A stretch of 64,000 nt of DNA from an uncultured Gammaproteobacteria bacterium (lineage in GTDB: Bacteria > Patescibacteriota > Microgenomatia > CAYXHB01 > CAZYTL01): assembly GCA_964650355.1 (NCBI GenBank), contig CAZYTL010000001.1, positions 4,018-68,017 of the forward strand, given 5' to 3'. The first letter of the stretch is position 1. The number at the start of each line of letters is the position of its first letter. This document shows, in pieces, positions 53,911-63,366 of this stretch. The translations under genes were made by a program, and so were the position numbers. Under the pieces are notes generated by a model. The model saw only the letters and a list, made by a program, of their open reading frames with translations, did not search any database and was not told the DNA's origin.

Positions 53911-54407
53911 ATCAGTGATTCTTTCAATTTGACGACTGCTCTATAAAAACGCATTTTCACTGCTGGCTCTTTAGAGTCGAGAGCGGTGGCAATATCGCAA
54001 AACTGCATCTCCTCATTAACCCTAAGCCTGATTATTTCCTGTTCAACCGGCTTTAGTTTTTTGAGTGCTGCCGTAACTTTTTTAATATCTTCCTCTTGAG
54101 TAATTTTGGCCTCTAGTAAGACTTCCACATCGCTGTCATCAAATAGTTGAATATTGTTTTGCTCAATTGAAAGATGATGCTTATTTGCTCTAAACATATC
54201 TGTAATTACATGTCTGCAGATGGTAAGTAACCAGCTCTTGAGCTGTCCTTCACTTTTAAATTTGAAATTGTCGTATGCTTTCATAGCTTTTAAAAATGTT
54301 TCCTGGACAGCGTCATCAACGTCGTCCTGTTGGGACAAGGACTTTTTAGCAAAAAAATATACTAATCTTATGTAGTCCCGGACTACATCTTCAAAAGGTG
54401 GTTTCAT
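53907..54407 (-). CDS. ECF-type sigma-70 family sigma factor
   Basis: Region 2 (AVQETFLKAMKAYDNF) and a region-4 HTH (EEMQFCDIATALDSKEPAVKMRFYRAV). Confidence 0.65.
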   Translation of the reverse strand: MKPPFEDVVRDYIRLVYFFAKKSLSQQDDVDDAVQETFLKAMKAYDNFKFKSEGQLKSWLLTICRHVITDMFRANKHHLSIEQNNIQLFDDSDVEVLLEAKITQEEDIKKVTAALKKLKPVEQEIIRLRVNEEMQFCDIATALDSKEPAVKMRFYRAVVKLKESLI

Positions 54408-54656
54408 CGTATTTAAGTGTCCCGTCCCACCCTTCTATATAAGTAAACGGATGAGTTAGGAAAAGTAACATTTTTACTTCTTACGCAATTATATATAAAT
54501 TCTATGGAAGAGGTTGGAGCTATCGCTCTTTTGGTGGGGCTAAGTTAATCTTTTTCATCAATTCCTTGATTTCGTTGACTAATGTTTGGGCTTTGTCTAG
54601 TTTTCTGAGAATGATGTATTTGGTTTTTTGTTCTTCATCATTGTCTATTTTCTGTG

Positions 54657-54839
54657 TCATGTTTCTGTCACCTCCCATCGTTTCTTATACTTGCGGTAGT
54701 TTGTCATTATTTCTAAGATTTTCTCTCTTGAGAGACCGGATAGCTTTACTACATTCCTGAGGTCAAACATATTGGTTTTTCCTGAGCTTTGCACTTTTAA
54801 ATAGGCCTGAAAATCATCTTTTGTTATCTTAATAGCCAT
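54657..54839 (-). CDS. small hypothetical protein
   Basis: 60-aa ORF between the sigma and terminase blocks. Confidence 0.25.
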   Translation of the reverse strand: MAIKITKDDFQAYLKVQSSGKTNMFDLRNVVKLSGLSREKILEIMTNYRKYKKRWEVTET

Positions 54840-55002
54840 AGGATTCCTTTAACTGCTAACAGAGCGATGACAATGATGTAAATTGTGCCGAAGAAGTAAG
54901 CGAGGCATTTTTCTAACTTGGGATTGGCGTAATTTTCTGGACGTTTCATAGCGATTCAACAAGCAATTATCATCAAACACCTCAAGAAGTCAAATTTTCT
55001 TA

Positions 55003-55224
55003 TCAAAGCTCAACAGCACTTTGTTTCTTGGACATTTCACCGGCACTACCTCCATTTTCAGGCATGATTCTTCGTTGTTCGGTCACTTCTTTTCTGAAAG
55101 GTTTCCCATTTTGAATAAAAACTTCAACTCTCCCAAATTTCACCTGACGTATATCTTCAATTATTTTCCTTTCAGCTTTGCTGAGAATTATTTGATTGGT
55201 AGTTTGTTTATTTGTTTGGCTCAT
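55003..55224 (-). CDS. small hypothetical protein
   Basis: 73-aa ORF that overlaps the stop of the large terminase gene. Confidence 0.25.
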   Translation of the reverse strand: MSQTNKQTTNQIILSKAERKIIEDIRQVKFGRVEVFIQNGKPFRKEVTEQRRIMPENGGSAGEMSKKQSAVEL

Positions 55225-56764
55225 ATTTCATTCTCTTTTTTAGGGCGATGTGCCAATAGATAAGGGATAGCCAAAAATCATTTGGACCTGTGTTAGCCCA
55301 TTCTCTTTTTGGTTGCCCAAGTTTGTCAGTAACAGTTCTGGCATACATCGTTTGAGCGTGTTTTATTAACTCTTTGAATGCTGGGTGGTCAGGAGATACC
55401 GCAAATTTTATATTGCCCTGGCGAAGCGAGGAAATGGTTTCATCCATTATTCTGGTTCTGGAAGAGAGGACTTTTACTTCATCTTCAAAGGCCACGTCCT
55501 TACCTTCTTTTTCATCAAAAAATCTAACTACCTCAAGCATTTTTGGGTCATCCTTAAACCAGCTCAGATATACTCTGTATGGAAATTCTTTCGCCAGAGC
55601 AAAGGCTTCTTGGGTATAAGGTTGGCCATCAATGACAATTACTCTTACATCGAAGAATTTTATTAAATCACTGGTTTGTTTCCATCTATCAATCCCCTCA
55701 TGATCTTGGAGTACACCAATCCAGAAAATACCTCGCCTGTTTCCTATCATGACATGGTTGCCTTTACCGGATCCCATGCCTGTATCAATACCCATTACGT
55801 TGAAATCTTCCGAAGCGTTAACTTTCGAGTCTGTTAAGTTACGAACAAATAAACTTGAGGGTATTTTCTGCTCACTTGATAAATAAGGAAGTCCTAAAAC
55901 AAAGTTGTAGAAGTAGGTGTCATCATCAGCATCTTTTTTCTCCTTGATTAAATCTGCAGCACTTTTCCAGGGACAATGCATTTGGCTAATCCAGTATCCT
56001 GAGATTTGTCTTCCCGGATATCTGGCTTCCCAGCTACCCAGATCGTTTATTTGTCTTGGAGTAATCAGTTTCTGGCACTTTTGGCATACATAGATTCCAC
56101 GATTTTCATCTACATTATTATCCCACTCCATGTGTTGTCTGAAGTCACAGTGTGGGCAATTAAATCGCCAGTGCTTTTGATCTGACTCTTCAAATATTTT
56201 GTCTACGCCAAAGTCTGGAGTAGTGGGGGTAGAGAAAAAATGCTGGCTTCTTATCTTTGAGTAACCCATACGAGAGGTGTAATCTCTCACCACTTCTGGT
56301 TTTGATTTATCCAGCTCATCGTGGATATTACGATCCGAAGTAAGCATTATGGCTTCCTTCTCGGTAAACGTGCCTTTGAAAAACAAAAAGGATTTGCCTA
56401 TTTGTTTCTGCTCAATAGAGTCAACGTCTTTTGAACCAACACCTTCTAAAATACATGGATTGACTTTAATCAGCCTATTTACCTTGCTTTTGACGAATTC
56501 GCTGACATCATCAACTGTGGGGAGAGTGTATATCTGGTTAATTCCCCAGAATCTAGCCGCATGAAAGGCTCGTAGGATCTCCATTGTGCTGGCGCCTACC
56601 TGAGAACCTTTTCTAATCACCTGGACTGGTGAACGATCCGAATAGACATCCAGCATGAAGCTATGGTCCTCAAACTCAATAGGATTACCGTTTTCATTTT
56701 TTATTTCGTTCTCGGTTATCCAATAAAGTATGCTATTTTTTTGATGTTCTTCGTTTTTTGTCAT
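55208..56764 (-). CDS. terminase large subunit (GpA-like)
   Basis: Deviant P-loop IRKGSQVGAST (compare lambda gpA KSARVGYS). CxxC...CxxC cluster (CPHC...CQKC). C-terminal nuclease acidic residues (MGIDTGMGSG, VIVIDGQPY). Confidence 0.6.
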   Translation of the reverse strand: MTKNEEHQKNSILYWITENEIKNENGNPIEFEDHSFMLDVYSDRSPVQVIRKGSQVGASTMEILRAFHAARFWGINQIYTLPTVDDVSEFVKSKVNRLIKVNPCILEGVGSKDVDSIEQKQIGKSFLFFKGTFTEKEAIMLTSDRNIHDELDKSKPEVVRDYTSRMGYSKIRSQHFFSTPTTPDFGVDKIFEESDQKHWRFNCPHCDFRQHMEWDNNVDENRGIYVCQKCQKLITPRQINDLGSWEARYPGRQISGYWISQMHCPWKSAADLIKEKKDADDDTYFYNFVLGLPYLSSEQKIPSSLFVRNLTDSKVNASEDFNVMGIDTGMGSGKGNHVMIGNRRGIFWIGVLQDHEGIDRWKQTSDLIKFFDVRVIVIDGQPYTQEAFALAKEFPYRVYLSWFKDDPKMLEVVRFFDEKEGKDVAFEDEVKVLSSRTRIMDETISSLRQGNIKFAVSPDHPAFKELIKHAQTMYARTVTDKLGQPKREWANTGPNDFWLSLIYWHIALKKRMKYEPNK

Positions 56765-57335
56765 AGTAGTTTTTTATTGCCTGGTCGATCTCTTTTCCTA
56801 GCTCGTCTTCTTCAGGTGTGGGAGGATTCTGATCTTCTTCATTGATGGTATGAGCCACTTCGGATTTACCTGTAGATAGTCCAAGCTCTGTCCTAAACAT
56901 CTCCCACAATGCTTTAACATCACTAGTCGAGACATTTTCCCCTTTACGAAGTTGTTTAATTTTCAGATCAAGTGTGCGTTTAAAGGCTTCTGCCACTTTA
57001 TGTTTTCGGTTTGTAGCTATTCGTTTGGTTTCTTTTCTTAGTGCAATTAAATCTTCCTCTAGCTTTAAGTCGGTTCGTTTTACCCACTGATATTTTTTGG
57101 ACCATTTGGCAATACTTCTTCTGCTTACTGGGATACCTAATCGGTTTTTTAAATTGCTCAATTCCGGTGAACTTTCAGTGAACCCTTGGTGAACCCCTTT
57201 CCAGGCGTTTAGTAGTTTATCGATTGTTCCAAAATCACAGTAAAGTAGCCAAGCAACGTACTGCCTTTCAGTTTCTCCTGGCAACTTGGTGGTCGCCAAT
57301 TTAATTGTGGTTTTTCTTTTTTTCTTAGTTGCCAT
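56733..57335 (-). CDS. terminase small subunit
   Basis: 200-aa basic protein with an N-terminal HTH-like region, immediately upstream of and overlapping the large subunit. Confidence 0.4.
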   Translation of the reverse strand: MATKKKRKTTIKLATTKLPGETERQYVAWLLYCDFGTIDKLLNAWKGVHQGFTESSPELSNLKNRLGIPVSRRSIAKWSKKYQWVKRTDLKLEEDLIALRKETKRIATNRKHKVAEAFKRTLDLKIKQLRKGENVSTSDVKALWEMFRTELGLSTGKSEVAHTINEEDQNPPTPEEDELGKEIDQAIKNYYDKKRRTSKK

Positions 57336-57337
57336 AT

Positions 57338-58597
57338 TTAATTCAGTTTGAGACGTTGAGTTCTCTTGCGAATCAGGTCACAAAACTTTTCATCTCGCTC
57401 CATCAGGTAGGCAGTTCGACCTACTTTATGTGCAGCCATAAGAGTACTTCCTGAGCCTCCGAATAAATCGAGGACTATTTGTCCGCGCCTACTACCGCCT
57501 TTAATTGCCTTCATAATCAGCCATTCAGGTTTTTCTGTTGGATGGACCATTTCAGTTACTGCTTTTCTTGGCATATTCCAGACATCACTTTCATTTGTCT
57601 CTCCGGTAAAAACGTGCTTTTCTCCTTGCTTCCATCCGTAAATAATTCCCTCAGCTTTGGTTTTACCTTTACCTTTTTTACCTTTCATAATCTGTTCATA
57701 TTGTTTCTTGTAGTCGCTCCAGCCAACTGCAAAAGAGGGTTTAACCCAAACAATGGCACTACTAAATACAAACCCAGAGTTAAGCATTTGGTAGTAAAAC
57801 AACGGATAGGAAGTGTAGCCAGTGCAGACATAAATAATTCCTCCAGGCTTAAGAGATTCGTGCATGGTTGTGAAAAAACCATAGGTGAATTTTTTGAAGT
57901 CTTCTTCGTTTTGGTCATCGCCAAGAATAATTCCTTTTTCAGTATGGAATTTGCCCTGTTTTTCTTTGCTAGTATGAGCAACGTTATAAGGGGGATCTGT
58001 GAACACCATGTCTGCAGATTTATCGCCCATTAGTTTTTTTACGTCCTCTAAGTTCGTAGAATCGCCACACATGAGCCGATGAGGACCAACTTGGTATACC
58101 TCCCCATATTTTGAAATGGGGTCTGTTATTTGTTTGATTTCTTCCTCTGTATCCCAAGGTTTTTCTTCTTCTTGTTCCAGAAGCATGGTTGTATCTAAAA
58201 GATTGCTTACTTCTACTTCGTTAAAACCTGTAATAGAAATATCAAAGTCTGATTGAGTGAGGTCTGTTATTATTTGGGCGAGTTTTTCTTCATCCCATTG
58301 ATCTTCAATCTTATTAAGAGCAAGGTTTAGTGCCTTTTCCTTTTGTAGTGGAATATCAACGGAACTGAAGGGAATCTCTGTCCAACCTAACTCTGTTGCC
58401 GCACGTACTCTTTTTTCGCCACCCACGATGACATTTTCTCTGCCTTTGCGAGTATTAATAACAATAGGCAAGGGACACCCGAACTCCTGAAGTGAGCGCT
58501 TTAATTGTTCAATAACACTCCTGGTTACTTTACGAGGATTGTATTCCGCAAATCTGAGTGAACTTATAGCTATGGTTGGGTATGTTTTTTCAGTCAT
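57338..58597 (-). CDS. ParB-like nuclease domain fused to DNA N6-adenine/N4-cytosine methyltransferase
   Basis: N-terminal ParB motif VIVGGEKRVRAA. Methyltransferase motif IV VFTDPPY. C-terminal motif I LDLFGGSGSTLMAA. Confidence 0.7.
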   Translation of the reverse strand: MTEKTYPTIAISSLRFAEYNPRKVTRSVIEQLKRSLQEFGCPLPIVINTRKGRENVIVGGEKRVRAATELGWTEIPFSSVDIPLQKEKALNLALNKIEDQWDEEKLAQIITDLTQSDFDISITGFNEVEVSNLLDTTMLLEQEEEKPWDTEEEIKQITDPISKYGEVYQVGPHRLMCGDSTNLEDVKKLMGDKSADMVFTDPPYNVAHTSKEKQGKFHTEKGIILGDDQNEEDFKKFTYGFFTTMHESLKPGGIIYVCTGYTSYPLFYYQMLNSGFVFSSAIVWVKPSFAVGWSDYKKQYEQIMKGKKGKGKTKAEGIIYGWKQGEKHVFTGETNESDVWNMPRKAVTEMVHPTEKPEWLIMKAIKGGSRRGQIVLDLFGGSGSTLMAAHKVGRTAYLMERDEKFCDLIRKRTQRLKLN

Positions 58598-58766
58598 AGT
58601 TGTTTTAATCTTTTTTTAATAAATACCTTAAGCTCTAGAAATAGACGTACATAAATTGGCATTTTTAAACCGTCTGCTGGCATTAAGGGAATCATTCGTT
58701 TCTGTGTTTCATTTTGTAGTTTTCTTGAGATGTATCCCTCTTTTAATAACGGGTATATAAAATTTT

Positions 58767-58997
58767 TCATTTCTTAGTTTTAAAACTTTCTCCCTCTAAT
58801 GCTTCAAGAAGTAAACCTAGCCAAGTACGTTTACCGATTTCATCAATTAATTTTTCATTGAGGTCAATCCACTGCTTTTTTGTAAGCATTTGCGCATCAA
58901 GCCAACTAGCGGTAAACATTTTGTATATCCTAATCACAAATATAGGGTTTACCTGAGCAAGCCTAACATCTTTGTTAGCAATCTTAATTTTTGTCAT
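58767..58997 (-). CDS. small hypothetical protein
   Basis: 76-aa ORF. Confidence 0.25.
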   Translation of the reverse strand: MTKIKIANKDVRLAQVNPIFVIRIYKMFTASWLDAQMLTKKQWIDLNEKLIDEIGKRTWLGLLLEALEGESFKTKK

Positions 58998-58999
58998 GG

Positions 59000-59311
59000 T
59001 TAACTTACTTTCATTTTTTTGATAATACCTAACACTTTCTTGCGTTTTTCGATGTCTTCAGAGTACTTGGCTAAAATATCCTTCTTGGTTAAGTTTTCTT
59101 CTCTTGCACCAAGGGGAGATCTTTTGACTACTGTCTCAATAACTTTGTCATCTGGAACATCGTCTAAGGTCGCAATTGCAATCTCCATGCGGATAATCTC
59201 CTCATGAACTGTGTTATATATTTCTTCTAGTAATTCTGTTTTTGTTTTAATCATATTTTTAGTACTCAACTTGAGATTCATTTTTCTTGAAAGTTTTCTC
59301 ATTCCATTCAA
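59000..59311 (-). CDS. small hypothetical protein
   Basis: 103-aa ORF. Confidence 0.25.
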   Translation of the reverse strand: MNGMRKLSRKMNLKLSTKNMIKTKTELLEEIYNTVHEEIIRMEIAIATLDDVPDDKVIETVVKRSPLGAREENLTKKDILAKYSEDIEKRKKVLGIIKKMKVS

Positions 59312-59428
59312 GTATTTTGTTTGTTTTTAAATCGAGGACCATATAGACCTTATTACCATCTTGGTCATTTTTAGTACCTTCAAAATGATATTTAGGATTT
59401 TTGGAAACTGATCCTTTTTGTCCTGGCT

Positions 59429-60526
59429 TCATAAGTAATTCACCTCCTTTATGAGTAATTTTGCTAATTCAGTTATTACAGTCGTTGTTACCGCATTCCC
59501 TAGGCACTTGTATCTTTGAGTGTCACTTAATTCCTCAGTCCAGCCATCTGGAAAACCTTGCAAGCGCTCGCATTCAGTAGGTGTTAGTCGTCTGATTTTT
59601 AAGCCGTCAAATACTCCATGCCTATCCTGACTAGTCAGAGTAAAGGCTGGCTCTCCATGAGTTTTGAAACGACGACCGTTTTGACGCTTCTTTTTTCTGT
59701 CTGGAGTTAAGACTGGTATGGCGTAGAGACCTGTTTTCCCACCAAGCCCACCAGCATTGCCAGCAAGGGTCGAAGCAATACCATCAGCCGCATATACTCG
59801 TTGGCCTTGACTAAAGTTTCTGCTATGTTGTTTTTTGTCTTTGATCCACATATCTCTTTTTCCTGTAATACCTCCTATGTAGTGGAGGTAGGTTTCTCCT
59901 GAATTTCGCAGGGACCCATAACGGGCATCAATCGTGCTCGAAACCCTCGTCCCGATTCTTTGTTTTGTTGGCTTCTTCTTATTAAGAACTGCGTAGCTTT
60001 CTCCGATAGGAAATACTTTGGGTCTACTGTTTTCTCTAAGATGTCCAACAATGAAGACTCTCTCCCTGTTTTGGGGAACTCCGAAATTTTTGCTGTTAAG
60101 AACTTGCCATTGATGCTCGTACCCCAGGTCGGTGAGAACCCCAAGTATTGTCTGGAAAGTTTTTCCTTTGTCATGACTAAGTAGCCCCTTAACATTTTCA
60201 AGGAGAAAATATCGGGGTCTTTTGTCTCGGAGAATCCGAGCGATTTCAAAAAAGAGAGTCCCTCTGGTGTCTTCAAACCCCAATCTTTTTCCGGCGATGC
60301 TAAACGATTGACAAGGGAAACCAGCACAGAGAAGGTCGTGGTCTGGTATTTCTGCTGTGTCGACAGACCTGATGTCTCTTGAATCACACTCCTGATAGTG
60401 TTTTTTGTAGACTTGGTTTGCATATTTGTCCCATTCATTTGAGTATTTGCATTTAAACTTTGGACTGGCTTTTTCAAGTCCATATCTAAATCCTCCTATT
60501 CCAGCGAATAAATCTATAAACTTCAT
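59429..60526 (-). CDS. DNA (cytosine-5)-methyltransferase
   Basis: Motif I FAGIGGF, motif IV GFPCQSFS, motif VI LLENVKGL, and motif VIII VPQNRERVF. Confidence 0.85.
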   Translation of the reverse strand: MKFIDLFAGIGGFRYGLEKASPKFKCKYSNEWDKYANQVYKKHYQECDSRDIRSVDTAEIPDHDLLCAGFPCQSFSIAGKRLGFEDTRGTLFFEIARILRDKRPRYFLLENVKGLLSHDKGKTFQTILGVLTDLGYEHQWQVLNSKNFGVPQNRERVFIVGHLRENSRPKVFPIGESYAVLNKKKPTKQRIGTRVSSTIDARYGSLRNSGETYLHYIGGITGKRDMWIKDKKQHSRNFSQGQRVYAADGIASTLAGNAGGLGGKTGLYAIPVLTPDRKKKRQNGRRFKTHGEPAFTLTSQDRHGVFDGLKIRRLTPTECERLQGFPDGWTEELSDTQRYKCLGNAVTTTVITELAKLLIKEVNYL

Positions 60527-61257
60527 AATTCATGTTGTGCGTTTGCTAAGGCTTTTTGATTTGCCTTGATTAGTATTTCGACTACTTCTTTTGTTATGCC
60601 CGAGGACGTTTCTGAATGACTTTTAAGTGCTAATGTATTCACCCCTAGCTCTCGAATTGATTTATCCGAGGGAGTTAGTGTTGCCAGTTCCTTAATTGAT
60701 AAAACCAGCTCTCGTTCCTGAAGGTCGGTCTTGGTGCTATCGACTGTTTCAATCCAATGTTCTGTATTGCAGCCTGAACTAGATGGGCAATAAACTCTCG
60801 CCAGATCAGTCACCTCACCACTTTGTTGATATTGCTTGTAGTAACTCAGTGTGGTAATTCCGTTTGCAACATCCTGACAGGAATCATATAAACTGGTGTA
60901 TTCCGTTCGACAGCTACCCCAGCCAAAGGGATTTCCACCACAAGCTTTTTTCCCAAAGGTGCTTTCTATTCGACTAATGCCTATAAGAATATAAGGGTCA
61001 GCATGATTGTCATCTGCGCAACTCACTAGAGTTTCGCTACTAAGCGGACTGTCAACCTCAGTTAACAGTTCTTTAACTGCCTTTAAGCGAAAGTCTTTTA
61101 CATACGAACTTGTATCCGGAGTTAGTGTTTGAAGTGGTGTAGATTCAGGAATAGGAGAAATGAGCTCCTGTTCTTTATGTCCGAAAGGAATCCCCATGGC
61201 CATGCTCCCTAAGAACATTGCAGTGACCATTAGTGGTATTAATATTATTTTTCTCAT
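60523..61257 (-). CDS. secreted Cys-rich hypothetical protein
   Basis: Signal peptide (ILIPLMVTAMFLGSMAMG) and about 8 Cys. A weak ESTFG segment falls short of a lytic-transglycosylase call. Confidence 0.35.
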   Translation of the reverse strand: MRKIILIPLMVTAMFLGSMAMGIPFGHKEQELISPIPESTPLQTLTPDTSSYVKDFRLKAVKELLTEVDSPLSSETLVSCADDNHADPYILIGISRIESTFGKKACGGNPFGWGSCRTEYTSLYDSCQDVANGITTLSYYKQYQQSGEVTDLARVYCPSSSGCNTEHWIETVDSTKTDLQERELVLSIKELATLTPSDKSIRELGVNTLALKSHSETSSGITKEVVEILIKANQKALANAQHEL

Positions 61258-61991
61258 ATAGCTTCATTGGCACACCGCCAGTAGAACAATTTCTCAATAT
61301 CTCGAACTCCTACCGCATCCTTGCAGTAAGACAGTGCTACAGCCAGACGACCTTGTTGGTTTTTAGTAAATGCTCGCTTAATGTGTTTGGCGAATTCTTG
61401 ACTTGGACTACCGTTTAACCCGAGCTGACTCCAAAGCCTAATAGCTTCTACTTGCCATTCATGCTTAATCTGACTATTAATTTGATCTGGAAGTTGGTAT
61501 TGATTAAGAACATCCCCAATAGCCGCCACACCGTTTCCATTTATTAAATTTTTTTGACGAACACTATCGTTGTTTATTTCTTTGTCTATATCTTTGTTTG
61601 CTCTCATTTTGATACTTAGATTTGTCTCACTTTGAGATTCTTGGGATCTCACTTTGAGACTGTTAGTCTCATATTGAGACTCAGTTTTAATCATCACTGA
61701 GTCGAACCAATTACTGGTTGCCTTGAGTAGAGCTGGCTGATCTGGATGCTTCTCAAGGAGATCTATGCTTAATCCTTTTTTGATAGCTCGAAATACAGTT
61801 GCTCGACCTAAATCAAGATAGCCAGCTAGCGTTTCCTTCCTGGCATAGCACCATCCCATTTGGGCATTCTTAGGATTGCTGGCAAGGTTATGGATTAGGT
61901 CGAACACGCAATACTCGTTGATTGTCAGACCAAGCCGCACTCTGGCCTCGTGATTTATAATCGTGTAGTTGATGCGGACTACTTTGTTCAT
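61254..61991 (-). CDS. replication initiator-like protein (N-terminal HTH) containing internal iterons
   Basis: The N-terminus has a winged-helix look (GYLDLGRATVFRAIKKGL). Three to four 13-bp palindromic repeats lie within the coding sequence, as in lambda O-type origins. Confidence 0.4.
   Translation of the reverse strand: MNKVVRINYTIINHEARVRLGLTINEYCVFDLIHNLASNPKNAQMGWCYARKETLAGYLDLGRATVFRAIKKGLSIDLLEKHPDQPALLKATSNWFDSVMIKTESQYETNSLKVRSQESQSETNLSIKMRANKDIDKEINNDSVRQKNLINGNGVAAIGDVLNQYQLPDQINSQIKHEWQVEAIRLWSQLGLNGSPSQEFAKHIKRAFTKNQQGRLAVALSYCKDAVGVRDIEKLFYWRCANEAI
61600..61685. repeat. iteron-like repeats (candidate origin of replication)
   Basis: TCTCAcTTTGAGA at 61625, 61647 and 61667 (with one variant TCTCAtaTTGAGA), plus a degenerate copy (ctctcattttgat) at about 61602. 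Each unit is itself an inverted repeat. Confidence 0.55.
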
Positions 61992-62036
61992 CTTGGTATT
62001 TGGTTAGACCTTTATTCATAGGCGTTACAATCGTGA

Positions 62037-62336
62037 CTAGCTGTTATTGTTTTCAGAAACACTTTCATGTCCTACGGATTCGCGCTCGATGTACCATTTG
62101 CTTGCTGGAATATCTAAGTAATCTCCAATCTTTTTTACTGTTGAAGGTCTTGGGTCACCGCCGGCAACTAAAACACGCCTAACTGTTTGGGGGGAGAGCT
62201 CAACATCTATTGCCAATTGAAACCTAGAGAGTCCTTTAGTAAGCCTTATTTCATCAAAGAGCTCACTGTTAACTCTCTTGTCTTTATTGATGTAGATTGT
62301 TTTTTCCTGGGCAGTTTTTGTCATCTTTAATACCAA
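62037..62336 (-). CDS. Cro-like XRE-family HTH regulator
   Basis: RLTKGLSRFQLAIDVELSPQTVRRV is an XRE-type HTH. It is divergent from the CI-like gene. Confidence 0.6.
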   Translation of the reverse strand: MVLKMTKTAQEKTIYINKDKRVNSELFDEIRLTKGLSRFQLAIDVELSPQTVRRVLVAGGDPRPSTVKKIGDYLDIPASKWYIERESVGHESVSENNNS

Positions 62337-62480
62337 AGTACAGACTGTTGTAATTTAGCTCAATAAACTTTATGATGATTTATGTTCATTTATGTAAACT
62401 AATGTCATTATAGTAAGAAATCTCTTACATTTCATACAGTATTTGCTACAATAAAAATTAGCTATAAAAAATTAATCATC

Positions 62481-62939
62481 ATGAAAAGAGACCAAAATCC
62501 TAAAACCAAATTTCAGGGACCCGATGATTTTGACTCTGTGGGGCAATATCTTAGTAGTTTGCGTGAGGCCAAAGACTTTACAATGAGTGCGGTTGTTGAG
62601 GAGGTCAAAAGTCTTATAGATTCCGGCAAACTGGATAAGCAATCGGCTGTTTCCCGAGGTTATCTTTCTAGTCTTGAATCTGACAAATACTTACATCCTT
62701 CACCTTTTAAATTGAAAGCATTGGCTCATGTCTACAAAATTCCGTATGAACTGCTACTAAACAAAGCAGGCTATTGGGATAAGACGAACAAAAATATCAA
62801 AGAAGATGCAACGTTCACTCTGATGTTAAAAGAAGTCCAGGATATGACACCTGGCGAAAGAGAATCTGTTCTGGAATACATTGAATTTGTTAAGTCCAGA
62901 AGGAATCAAAAATATGACAAAAGCCCAAAGAAGGGCTAG
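62481..62939 (+). CDS. CI-like repressor (XRE-family HTH; ImmR-type)
   Basis: SVGQYLSSLREAKDFTMSAV...SRGYLSSLE is an XRE-type HTH. It is followed by, and overlaps, the ImmA-like protease gene. Confidence 0.6.
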   Translation: MKRDQNPKTKFQGPDDFDSVGQYLSSLREAKDFTMSAVVEEVKSLIDSGKLDKQSAVSRGYLSSLESDKYLHPSPFKLKALAHVYKIPYELLLNKAGYWDKTNKNIKEDATFTLMLKEVQDMTPGERESVLEYIEFVKSRRNQKYDKSPKKG

Positions 62940-63366
62940 GCAAATTTTACGAAAGTATAATTTGTCTACTGCCCCGATAAACTTACAGAAAATAGTTGAT
63001 GGAGAAAACTTAGTTCTTGATGAGTGGGACTTTCATGGTAGGGTCAAGGAAGTTTACCTGGGTGACAGTATAGGAATTGATAACAGTGTCGACCATAAAA
63101 AACAGCGTGAGTTAATAGCTCACGCATTAGGTCATCATTTCCTTCACACAGGGAATCATCTTTACTTTGAAAGTAATGACCAGTTCACCACCTTCAAACA
63201 GGAGCATGAAGCTCAGTGTTTTGCTGCAGAATTGCTCATGCCCAGAGAGATGCTCGTTTGCCGGAAGAACCTGCCGATTAAGGAAGTTGCCGATTACTTT
63301 AATGTCCCAATTGATTTTACGGGGTTTGGCATGAATGTTGTTTTAAAGGGGGGTCTATGTCACTAG
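62914..63366 (+). CDS. immA: ImmA/IrrE-family metallopeptidase (anti-repressor protease)
   Basis: HExxH zinc motif (HALGHHFLH) and the downstream AQCFAAELLMP typical of ImmA/IrrE. The start is chosen at the ATG at 62914, whereas the ORF track starts at 62881. Confidence 0.65.
   Translation: MTKAQRRARQILRKYNLSTAPINLQKIVDGENLVLDEWDFHGRVKEVYLGDSIGIDNSVDHKKQRELIAHALGHHFLHTGNHLYFESNDQFTTFKQEHEAQCFAAELLMPREMLVCRKNLPIKEVADYFNVPIDFTGFGMNVVLKGGLCH

Noticed and set aside
60523-61257. Lytic transglycosylase (SLT) assignment for the secreted Cys-rich protein
   Set aside because: Only a short ESTFG segment resembles the SLT catalytic motif. The rest of the SLT signature is not present.
61600-61685. CRISPR-like short repeats
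   Set aside because: There are only 3-4 copies and each repeat is itself palindromic. Spacing is irregular (20-22 bp) and the repeats lie inside a coding gene. This is more consistent with iterons.
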